DNA of 64,000 nt from Dudresnaya verticillata (taxonomy: Eukaryota): NCBI GenBank assembly GCA_977862235.1, contig OZ374561.1:1054001-1118000 (forward strand), written 5' to 3'. The position numbers and the translations under genes were made by a program. Below, in pieces: positions 34,610 through 44,103 of the stretch; position 1 is the stretch's first letter; the number at the start of each line of letters is the position of its first letter. The notes under the pieces are model-generated. The model was not told the origin of the DNA and made no database searches. It was given only the letters and a program-made list of their open reading frames with translations.

Positions 34610-37600
34610 CTAGCCCACCATGGCCTTTGTAATAGTGGCGGGGACGCCGAGGCATCTCCCTTTACAGTAGGAGATGACTTGGCTCCGGGGGAGGTGCTGT
34701 ATGGGCTCCCACGTATTTTGGGATGACGGGTACCCGTACCATTTCACTTCGAACAGAAGCTCTGTATTATCATAACTGTGGTTCGCCACTTTTTCGATGA
34801 CATACTCGTCACGTGGCGGAGTATCTCCATTGTGTCGACGCCCTGATGACAGGGTGTCGTCTGGCGCCGGTGCTTGAGGTGGATCCTCTTGCTGAGGGCC
34901 TGGCTGCGACGCGCGTGGCGCGACGGCAGCAATACGGCGACTCCGTCTGGGGCTTGGCGTGCCAAGGGTCACGGTTGCAGCTCGATTGCGGCCTGCCACT
35001 TCCGATCCGAGGCTTCGGCTCGCGAGAGGCCGCGTAGGGATTTCCCTAATGCGGTCGTCAAATGTGACGCTCTTTCTTGATGGGCGTGGAGAATTCTCCT
35101 TGGGATGGTCTTGCGTTCTAGACGCACCTGGCGAAACATCGCGTGTCGCGCTGTCGAGGGCGTGATCCTTCCCATCAACGGGTCGGGTTTCGGCTCTTCT
35201 AGGGGACCCTGGCTCGGGGCTCGCGGTTATTCGACGAGTAGACGAGCCTTTGCGGAGTATATCCGGCTTTGTTGACTCTTGTGGGATATCCACATTATCA
35301 AGGGTAGTTCTCGTTGGTTGCGAAAGGGGCTTCCCTTGAGGAGTATGCCCCAGGGCGGCAGTTGTGCCGGTATCGTGTGCAGGTTGCTGCTGGCGAGGCA
35401 TTTCCTCTCCTACTGTACCGTCGACGGCCTTGGTGCTTTTCGTAGCGGCGTGCGGTTGATCCGCAGTGGGGTGCTCATTCGCGTGGGCGTCGTTCGCTGG
35501 CACGGATTCCGGCTCCAGACTTGCGGATGCAGGGGTTGGAGTGGGGACGGCGGCTTCGGCGCGTGTGGTAGGTAGCGAGTGCATTGCGGTAGTCCGCGCG
35601 CGGACGCCAGCGGTGCGTCCGGGTACCGTCAGCGGTGGTAAATCCGCCAACCCGCGATCATTTCGTGGCTGTATGGCTGGTTCCACAGCATGAAAAGTAA
35701 TTGGGGCATTTTCCCCGCGAGACACAGTAGCTCCGTCAGCGCACTGCATTCGAGTATGATCATTATTGGGATCGTTTGTTGGCGGTAATTCCGCATCTAT
35801 CGGATCTGCCGTCCCTTCGGCGTTGGCTTGGTTGGCCGCGTCCCTTGGTGGGGCGGGTGCCAACACGACTCTGTCGCGGGAAATCCGCTCGTATTCAGGC
35901 CCGTCCTTCTCGACTGTGACCGTCTTATCATTTGCGTCACTCACGCGATAGGGGCCGTCGGCCATAGGCGCCAGTTTGTGTTTCGGGGTATCCTTCCCAT
36001 AGTACTCCTTGCGTACGTAGACGTAGGAGTCTACTCCGATGACTTCGCGTGAGGGACGTACCCTGTTATCAAAATTGCGCTTGTATCGCGCTTGTGTCTG
36101 GTCAACGCTTTTTGTGGCTGTTGATAGTAGTCCTGTGAGCCAGGACTGCCACTTGGCGTGGAATGTAGCCGAACTCGGCACTGGTTCCAATGAGGGATGT
36201 GCCTCGATGCTTAAAGCGTGTGGAGGTCTGGAAAGTACCAACTGGAAGGGGGCCAGGTTTGTGGTAGAATGAACTTGCGTATTGTACGCGTAGGTGATGG
36301 CATCTGAGAATAAATCCCATTCATGCGGATGGTCCGCAACGTAGTGCAGTAGTGCGGCGCGCATTGTGCGGTTGAACCGCTCAACCTGCCCATTGCATTG
36401 GGGGTGGTAGGTTGTAGTAAAGAGGTTTTTGATCCCCAGAGTTCCACATAACGACTGAAACAACTTTGCGGCAAATTGTCCGCCATTATCCGATAGTAGG
36501 TACAACGGGGGTCCGTAGACGTAGACCCAATGCGTAATGAACGCTTCGGCAACTTTCGCAGCCGTAATCTTCTTCATCGGAACTGTCCGAACGAGTTTGG
36601 AGAAACGGTCTGTGATGACCAAGAGGAATCGATTGCCTCGTTTCGTACGAATCAGTTCGCCATAGATGTCAATGGAGACAAACTCCAGGGGTGTTTTGGC
36701 TGGAAACAGCTTCATATGCTTGGTATTACGGCGTAGCATAACGCGATTGCGTGCACACGTTGTGCAGTTTCTTACGGTGGCGTAACAGTCCACAGCCATG
36801 GAAGGCCAGTAGAATGATCTACGGAGTGAGTAATACACCTTGCGACCACCGGGATGCCCGGATAGTTTCGGGAAGTGTGCCAGGTGTAGCACACGTGCGC
36901 GAAGAGTAAAGGGTATCACGATTTGAGGAAGTGCCTCTCGCGTGCGAATGAGGACTCCTGTCTCGTCCAGCGCGAAAGGTAACCCCTCCCCCCCGTTAAG
37001 ACGAGAACGCAGCGAGGTGCAGAAAGCATCTTCTAATTGCGTTTGAAGAAGTTCTTCCGTCGTGATGGGGCGCAAGAGCTCAGGTTGGTCGGACGGCGGA
37101 TTCGCCAGAAGAAGTTGGTCGGAGACTTCGTCGTCCAATTCGAGGAATTCCTCCTTATCGCAAACGGCGCAGGTTGACGGAGCGTCCGCCTCAACGTGGA
37201 AACACAGAATTTCGTCGTCGATATCGACTTGGATTTCGCCAAGCGTTTGAAGACGCGAAAGGGCGTCCGCTTGGGTATTAATGCGTCCCTTCTTGTAGCG
37301 GACGTCAAAGTCGAATTCCGACATACGTAGGCGCCAGCGCATTAGGCGCGCGGAGGGGTCATTAATCTCCATTAGCCAACGAAGAGAGGAGTGATCGGTG
37401 TGTATGGTAAACTTTTCCATTTGTAGGTAGGGCCGTAAAGTGGTAACAGCCCACACCAGTGCCAAACACTCCTTCTCGGAAACCGAGTAATTCTTTTCGG
37501 CTGCTTGTAGAGAACGGGACCAGTACCCGAGGGGTTCGTGCGTACCGTCGGCGTGCGTTTGGAATACGGCGCAACCGACCTGGTAGTTTGACGCGTCGGT

Positions 37601-39769
37601 ATCGACAGAATAGGGCAAGCCAGGTTTTGGCAGAGATAGTACGGGTGGTTCCGTGACAGCTTTGATCAGCGTCTGGAACGCGGCCTCTTGTTTGTCGTCG
37701 AGCGGCTCAATATTGTCCGGGTGATCCTTTTTGAGGAGCCGGTTCAGTGGTCCTGCCACGTGAGAGTAATTGGGGAGAAACCTCCTATATACGTTACACA
37801 ATCCGAGGAAAGACCTCAATTCCGTTTGCGTGCGTGGGTGTTTTGCTTTGCGGAGTGCCGCCGTGACCGTTGGGTCGACCCGCAGTTCGCCGGGGCGGAT
37901 GATATGGCCCAGGTAGTTGACGGTGTTTGTGAATAAGTCACATTTCTTCAGTTTGAGGGTAACCCCGGCTTGGTCCAATGCAGTCAGGATCTGTTCGACG
38001 TGTTTAAAGTGGGATTCCACGTCCTTGGAGTAGATGATTACATCGTCCAAATAAACGAGGCATGTCTGCCACTTGAAACCTGAGAGCAGGATATCCAGGG
38101 TCCGCTGGAAGGTAGCGGGTGCATTGGTAAGGCCAAATGGCATTCTTTTGTAGCGGAAGGTTCCCGCATGGCATGTAAACGTGGTTTTGTCACGATCGCG
38201 ACCGTTGATGGGGATTTGCCAATACCCCGAGTTGCAATCGAGCGTAGTGAAGACGTTTGCTTCGCCGAGTGAATCGATGCATTCATCGATGCGAGGTAAC
38301 GGGTATGTATCCCGAACGGTTGCGGCATTTAAACGTCGGTAGTCGACACAGAATCGTAAGGTACCGTCCTTTTTAGGCACCAAAACAACTGGAGACGCCC
38401 AGGGAGATTGTGCCGGTTCTATAACGCCAGCTCGTAGCATGCGGTCAACTTCCGCTTGTTCCACTTGGCGTTGCTTCGGACCCGCCCGATAGGGTGGGCA
38501 CGAGAACGGCCTCGTACCCGGAATCATATCGATGTAATGTTCCGTAGTGGTGATTTCACCTAGTGAACCATCCCACATTGTAGAAAACCTACCAAGTAAA
38601 TCCTGCACGCGCTCGGCGTGATTCTCCGTCAAGTGGGATAAATCCACGTCGTCCACCGAAGGTGGAGGTTCGTTTTCAACTTCAAGGGTCTTCGCGTGAG
38701 CGTCACCTTTGTTTGTCGTATTCGACAGTCTTCCCAGTCGTTGGGTTTTTGTTGCGGTATCGTCCGCTAAGTCAGCCAACCCAAGCACGTCCGCCAGCCG
38801 GATGGGACTGGGCACCACGGCGGTGGGGTGCGGGAGGGCGGTAGCGACGACCTGGTTCTTAGGAAGAACTTGGTCGTGCGAAGTGAAGTTCGCGACTAGA
38901 ATGAGGAACGGCCGCTTTGGTTCAACATGGGCTATCCCATTCGTTGCGATAATTCCCTGCCGATGATACGGCTTGTCGTAGGGTTGAAGGCAAATCAGCC
39001 CCGCGCGTTCTGTGGTTACTGCAACCCACTTTTGCGCTTGGGCTGGGATTACGGTTCGTCCCGCTACGCGTATTTCCGTTGAGGTATGGCCTCGTAGTGG
39101 CTCATACTCCTGATCGTCAGGTAGTGGTGGAGCCGTGGGCGGTCGCTTCAATGGTCGCCGCGTAATCGGCACGCGAGTCCCATTGTCGAGTTCGACTTCA
39201 CGGGTCCTCGGATAGATGGCTTCTACGAACCGGTCGCAGAAGTCACATCCGAGGATGACCGGGGTGGCGAGTCTCTCGCAGACAATAAAGTCAAGCTTGA
39301 CAATACGGTCGCCCAGCCGAACGACCAAGGCGATGACGCCGGATGTTTGCAACGGCCGATTGTTGGCGTCGCTGATGGTGGGGATGTCCCCTTCTCGAAT
39401 GCGGGACTCCGCTTGAGGTGGTAGTTCAGATTTTCTGATAACGTTAGGGCCGGCACCGGTATCTAGCACAGTAAGTTTACGCGATAGGTAGCTTGGGTGT
39501 AAACCCGTATCTGCGTATACTTTAAAGTTGCGCTTTGCCGCTATCAGCAATTCGCCTTGTGCATGCGGTGGACGGTACCGGTGCCAGGTCCTGCTTAATC
39601 CTGGCATTGGTGGCGAGGGCGAGGTCCGTCTAGTCCTTGCAGGGTTCTGCAGTATAGTGTTTGGAGTTATATCCTCCTGCTTGTCGGGTCGTGACCCTTG
39701 AGCTTCGATCGGAAAGGGTTCCGATTGAAGTTCCCCAGTCAAAGGGGGTATGACCCCGATTAGTTTTCC
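34610..39769 (-). CDS. pol: Pol of element E: PR-RT-RNaseH-INT-GPY/F-chromodomain, intact, entered by a probable -1 frameshift
   Basis: LDTGAGPN, YLDD, DTDASNYQVG, HHCC, D-D-E, ADGPYRV, EYVIEKV...VKWYGY...TWEP in a 1710-aa ORF. Confidence 0.97.
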   Translation of the reverse strand, partial: GKLIGVIPPLTGELQSEPFPIEAQGSRPDKQEDITPNTILQNPARTRRTSPSPPMPGLSRTWHRYRPPHAQGELLIAAKRNFKVYADTGLHPSYLSRKLTVLDTGAGPNVIRKSELPPQAESRIREGDIPTISDANNRPLQTSGVIALVVRLGDRIVKLDFIVCERLATPVILGCDFCDRFVEAIYPRTREVELDNGTRVPITRRPLKRPPTAPPLPDDQEYEPLRGHTSTEIRVAGRTVIPAQAQKWVAVTTERAGLICLQPYDKPYHRQGIIATNGIAHVEPKRPFLILVANFTSHDQVLPKNQVVATALPHPTAVVPSPIRLADVLGLADLADDTATKTQRLGRLSNTTNKGDAHAKTLEVENEPPPSVDDVDLSHLTENHAERVQDLLGRFSTMWDGSLGEITTTEHYIDMIPGTRPFSCPPYRAGPKQRQVEQAEVDRMLRAGVIEPAQSPWASPVVLVPKKDGTLRFCVDYRRLNAATVRDTYPLPRIDECIDSLGEANVFTTLDCNSGYWQIPINGRDRDKTTFTCHAGTFRYKRMPFGLTNAPATFQRTLDILLSGFKWQTCLVYLDDVIIYSKDVESHFKHVEQILTALDQAGVTLKLKKCDLFTNTVNYLGHIIRPGELRVDPTVTAALRKAKHPRTQTELRSFLGLCNVYRRFLPNYSHVAGPLNRLLKKDHPDNIEPLDDKQEAAFQTLIKAVTEPPVLSLPKPGLPYSVDTDASNYQVGCAVFQTHADGTHEPLGYWSRSLQAAEKNYSVSEKECLALVWAVTTLRPYLQMEKFTIHTDHSSLRWLMEINDPSARLMRWRLRMSEFDFDVRYKKGRINTQADALSRLQTLGEIQVDIDDEILCFHVEADAPSTCAVCDKEEFLELDDEVSDQLLLANPPSDQPELLRPITTEELLQTQLEDAFCTSLRSRLNGGEGLPFALDETGVLIRTREALPQIVIPFTLRARVLHLAHFPKLSGHPGGRKVYYSLRRSFYWPSMAVDCYATVRNCTTCARNRVMLRRNTKHMKLFPAKTPLEFVSIDIYGELIRTKRGNRFLLVITDRFSKLVRTVPMKKITAAKVAEAFITHWVYVYGPPLYLLSDNGGQFAAKLFQSLCGTLGIKNLFTTTYHPQCNGQVERFNRTMRAALLHYVADHPHEWDLFSDAITYAYNTQVHSTTNLAPFQLVLSRPPHALSIEAHPSLEPVPSSATFHAKWQSWLTGLLSTATKSVDQTQARYKRNFDNRVRPSREVIGVDSYVYVRKEYYGKDTPKHKLAPMADGPYRVSDANDKTVTVEKDGPEYERISRDRVVLAPAPPRDAANQANAEGTADPIDAELPPTNDPNNDHTRMQCADGATVSRGENAPITFHAVEPAIQPRNDRGLADLPPLTVPGRTAGVRARTTAMHSLPTTRAEAAVPTPTPASASLEPESVPANDAHANEHPTADQPHAATKSTKAVDGTVGEEMPRQQQPAHDTGTTAALGHTPQGKPLSQPTRTTLDNVDIPQESTKPDILRKGSSTRRITASPEPGSPRRAETRPVDGKDHALDSATRDVSPGASRTQDHPKENSPRPSRKSVTFDDRIREIPTRPLASRSLGSEVAGRNRAATVTLGTPSPRRSRRIAAVAPRASQPGPQQEDPPQAPAPDDTLSSGRRHNGDTPPRDEYVIEKVANHSYDNTELLFEVKWYGYPSSQNTWEPIQHLPRSQVISYCKGRCLGVPATITKAMVG

Positions 39770-42160
39770 GAATTGCGGATGTCCGCTCGTCCGTCGCGCC
39801 CATTCGTAGGGGACTTTCCAACGGTCGCGAACGCCTGAGGGTGACGTTCGCTAGTGTGGGGTACCACATTGGGCGGTCCCTGGGGTCGACCTTGAGGACT
39901 TGCCTCATCGTATTGTGCCTGTGCTTTCGCCTTCATGTAGGACGTAGCCGGCACACGCTCGCGGTCGACCGCACTTAGCGACTCATAATTGAGGATAATC
40001 CCCAGGTAGTCCTTCCATGCTAAGAAGCATTCCGGCGAAACATGCCCAGGCTTGTAGCAAATGTGACAGATGATTGTCTGCTTGGGACCGAAGTTCCTTT
40101 GGGGATTTCCCCTATCTTGCCAGCCCGGTCGTGCGCGTGTCATGCCAGGTGAATGCTCCTGGTATGGTATGCGCGGGGCCGGGACTTGACGAGAGCGCAT
40201 GAGAAGCGCATTATCTTCGCTTCCGTAGGATTCTACTTGTGAGTCGGTAGGTGGGTCGGACGACAGCAGTGCCGCGTCCGGGTACAAAAGGTGCACCTCG
40301 GCATCCTGCTCGCCCACCTGCCTACGTGGAACTCCACTTCCGTCTCGGAACTCAATTGATGACTCGGCCATCATAGCGGAATTTCCGCGTCCTGGACGAC
40401 GTCCTCCTGAAGTTGCGGTGCGGCCAGCGAGTTGGTCTTGTCCAGCGCGTGGTGCGCGACTTCTTCCACGGTGAGCTTCACCTTCATCTTGTGCATAATG
40501 CACTAGTCGTTCAAACGACAATTCATGGCGAGGAGTTTCCTCTCGATACCGGGCGACCAGCGAACGGATGCTCGGGTCGAGGCCGTCGATGAAGTACGTC
40601 ATCTTCTCCCATGCTTTGTGGACATTGCCACATCGGTTACACGCTTTCGAGACTCGCATCCCGAAGCGTGTTTCCGATTCGCCCGCGTTCTGCCGGAGAG
40701 CGCGGAGCTTGAGGATTGCCTCACGGAGCGCGCTCGGTGTCGCGTAGGTCCGCAGAAGATACTGCACAGCTTCGGGCCATGAGGATACTCCTCCATTAGA
40801 ACGGGACGGAGCGGCCTTGACGGAGCGGAATTGAGTAGCGGAATTTCCGTGTAAGAAGTAGGGCAAGGCGATGAACGCCTGTGCTTCCGACATGTCGAGA
40901 GTGTCGGCTTCGTCGACTAACCGGGAGAGAAACTCCAAAATCAACACGGGGTCTTCCCCATTAAAGGAACAATCCTTCATGGTTAACTCCAGTCTTTTGA
41001 TCTGGTCTTTGATCTTGCCGGTCTGTCGGCTCGTACGGGATTGTTCCGTATTCTGTAGGCGGTAGTGCCTGTAGGACAGCTATTGGTCGTACAAGGGGTT
41101 CGTGGGTTTCAGCTCCTTGAGGTGCTTATACCGCGGCCCCTTGCGTTCATGTACCATCATCGTGACAGGGATTTCCCCAAACTTCTCCATCGGAGCGGTC
41201 TGAGTCCGAATTGTCGGAAGCTGACCTGGAGGAACTTCCGTAGCCGTGACGATGGTGACGGCGACTGCGGGTATTCCGCGTTGAGGTACGATGACGGTTT
41301 TGGCGTCGTGATTCACGGTGGTCTTGACGGTAGTCGTCATCATGAGGGTGGTCCGTACACCCGTAAGGGCAACTGTCCTTGGGGTAAGTGTCCCCATGTC
41401 GAGCGTGACTGTCCAATTCGACTTGTCTTCTGTTCGCGCCTCGGCCATCGTGAGGCAGGGGCGGTTCGCGCTCGTTGAGGCATATGCCCTCTAGAAGCTC
41501 CAAGCGGTCGGCAACCCGCGTAATGCGGTCATCGAGCGGAAGTTCCGCGGGTAGGCTTGGGGGATTCGGACGGGGCCCCCTTGCGGGAGTAGCCCCGTAG
41601 GTTTCGAGGAGGCGGTTAACGTCTTCTCGAAGCGTGCGGACCTCGGCGGCGAGGTCCGGGTTGTTCTGTGGAGGATTCTCCAGGACGAGGTCAATTCGAG
41701 CACCAACCTCGTCGATACGTTGGTTGACCAGAGCCAGGCTGTCCGTTATTTGGCGAGACAGCCGGGCGGCAAAAGCCTGGTCTTCCATGAGGCAAACCTC
41801 TTGAATTGCACTTCGCGGAATAGTTGTCCCGTGTATGAAGGCAACACGAGGTGCTTCCTCTTGGATTGTGGGTGGCTCCACCTGCGGCGGAACTGATGCC
41901 GAAATCGGCGGCGGAGGATTGGGCAGCGGCGGCGGAGTAGCCGGCTGCCCGCCTTGGTCTTGCCCAGTCGGGAGAGTCCCGGCTGGGGCAGGAGGTACGA
42001 TCTCCACCGAGGGGGGAATACGAGGAACCCCCTCATTGGGTATTGCCGAAAAAGCGGCTTGGACCGCAGGACTTGCCTGCGCACGTGCACGCGTCACCAT
42101 ATTGGCAGCAGTCTGCGTTGGTACAGACCTTGCCGATGACGGCTGTCGACGGGTGGGCAT
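39760..42160 (-). pseudogene. gag: Gag of element E (frameshift near 41180 and TAG at 41080-41082)
   Basis: FNGEDPVLILEFL, LSYRHYRL, Zn knuckle CHICYKPGHVSPEC. Confidence 0.9.
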
Positions 42161-42245
42161 GGCAGATAACTGCAACTTAAAGGTTTGAACTAGAAGAACG
42201 GGAGTTCCGTAACGTAGGTAACGTAGCCAATCGGAATTTCCGAAC

Positions 42246-42263
42246 TTCTAGGTCGGGAGACCA
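42246..42263 (-). promoter_or_regulatory. PBS of element E
   Basis: TGGTCTCCCGACCTAGAA 2 nt inside the 5' LTR. Confidence 0.85.
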
Positions 42264-42265
42264 AA

Positions 42266-43040
42266 TGTGGTGCAATCCACTCGGTAGAATTGAGGGTGCA
42301 CCTCAGGCGGTTCGGGGGCCTGGCGGTAGCAGGTGAGGTAATAGCGGTAGAGCAGGGGAGTAGCCCCGTAGTGCGACTGTAAAACACTACAAGGCCGAGA
42401 AAGGGGGTTACCCTAGAAAGGAAGAGAAAACAAGGGAAAAACAGGAGAAAAACAGGATTCTGTACGATGAAGAAGGGTAGCGGATGTACTGGAGTCCAGC
42501 CTAGAGAGGGAGTCGATAGGGTAGGAGGGTACGTCTCGCTGGGCCCAAACTTAGCCGTTTATTGTATGGGGGCGCACCTCAGGGCCCTAATATACTATGT
42601 AGGAGGCGGGTGCGCCTTGGTGGCGGATTAAGATAGGGGAAGGGGGCGCGCCACTTGGCATTACATGGCGCGCGCAATTCTATAATTATCTAAAAATATC
42701 AACTGTCAGCCTAGCGGTATTGCGGCTGAAAGGTGTGCGCCAAGGGGGCGCACGTGTGCACGTGTACGCGTTGTCGCGTTGCGGGGCCATCCTTGCTGGC
42801 AGAGGGCGCCGCGTACTGTCAGGCCGGGTGCCTTACAGAGGCATTTCCCCATTAGCATTGCTGGTGCGTGCGCGTGGTGCCAGAGCTCATTATAGAAATT
42901 GGCTCTGAGCTCAATCACCCGCACAGCGGTTGATCCGCAGGAACCGGCCGTTGGGCGTCCGTCGTCCGCAGTCGCGTGAGCCGCGGGTGGCGGCATTATG
43001 AAGAATTCTTCAGTAGGGCGCCAAGGCGATTTGCGCCACA
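42266..43040 (-). repeat. 5' LTR of element E
   Basis: Matches 30115-30889. Confidence 0.97.
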
Positions 43041-43323
43041 CTGGGATGACAGGGGAGGTCTACTGGCAACGCGCCGAATAGCGCTTGAAATACCCAGCTG
43101 AGCGAGAGGCTTTCGCGCGGAAGCGATAATGGATACCCGTCGAGACGGGACACCCGACGCCGGAGGGGCGTACGATGATTTGTTGCCACGCGGCCGTCAC
43201 GAGACGGGCGTTTTGGTGGCGGTTACACCTGCCCTCAACGGGCCGTTTGGGACGTCCAACGCACGTCCGCCCCAACCGGGCCAATGGAAACAGCGTTGCT
43301 GGCTTCGCGGGTCTCTCAGCTTT

Positions 43324-43333
43324 AGAGAGGGGG
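43324..43333 (+). promoter_or_regulatory. Polypurine tract of element B
   Basis: AGAGAGGGGG 3 nt before the 3' LTR. Confidence 0.8.
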
Positions 43334-43336
43334 CCG

Positions 43337-44062
43337 TGTGGTACAATGAGCCGCCAGCGGCTGTAAGCACGTACACGTGTTTTGCGCCTGTAATGCGCGG
43401 GTAATATTTCGCGTGGCATGCGCCTGTAAGGCGCCGCCCATACTGCCGCCCTGTAAGGCCCGGTGCATTGTTGGCCACTCCATATGGCATTGCTGGGAAC
43501 AGCACGGCGCCAATGAGATGGCTAGCCGTGATTGCCCTATTTACCATGGCCTTACGCGCAGGAGCACGCCCGAGTCATAAGCACCTTACGTGCGCCGGGC
43601 GGAGTACGACCGCTCACCACCTTATTGTAATTATTAACGCTATAGCGTATTCCTATTCTAAGCTATTGAAGTTATAACTTCAATAGCTTAGAATAGGAAT
43701 AGCGGCGAAGGCGCTTTCGACCTTCGCCATATTTATTGCGCCCCTGACTAGCAGGGGTCTGCTGAATAGAACCCTACGGTGGGTTTCGGGTCTGTACCCT
43801 TTCTTTGGTCTACATGGGCTCACCGTACTCCCCCTTCCAGGTGCTTTACAAGCTTTAGCCTCGTACGGCTTTGTACTCTACGAGTGTTAGGGTGGCGCCG
43901 CCCCTTTTCCCTTTCTTTCAGGCACGCTAGCCTTTTTCCCCTTTTCCCTCAAAGTCTCTACCAACTCCCCATTGAGCTACCCTCGTTAGGGTGCGTGCGC
44001 GCACGGGACAGCTGTCCTTGCCGTTTTAGCGGGCTACTGGCTCGTCGCGCCATACTACTACA
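43337..44062 (+). repeat. 3' LTR of element B (726 bp)
   Basis: Matches 12865-13553; contains a 54-bp perfect palindrome 43648-43701. Confidence 0.95.
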
Positions 44063-44103
44063 CACTGGCGACCGTTAGTCATTATCGGAGAAGGGCGTCC
44101 ACT

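Larger units (their letters stand above)
30115..43040 (-). mobile_element. Full-length young Ty3/gypsy chromovirus-type element E (12,926 bp)
   Basis: 775-bp LTRs with only 2 differences seen; perfect TSD CTGGG; PBS 42246-42263; PPT 30890-30899. Confidence 0.97.
12865..44062 (+). mobile_element. Ty3/gypsy chromodomain LTR retrotransposon B, carrying five nested insertions
   Basis: LTRs 12865-13553 and 43337-44062, PBS, PPT, TSD CGCTG/CACTG, order gag-PR-RT-RH-INT-chromo. Confidence 0.95.

Noticed and set aside
15150..41200. Programmed frameshift inside gag, since B (about 15180) and E (about 41180) both shift just before the KGP...LKEL motif
   Set aside because: Shifts are in opposite directions, fall in homopolymer runs, and A has none; mutation or sequencing error is more likely
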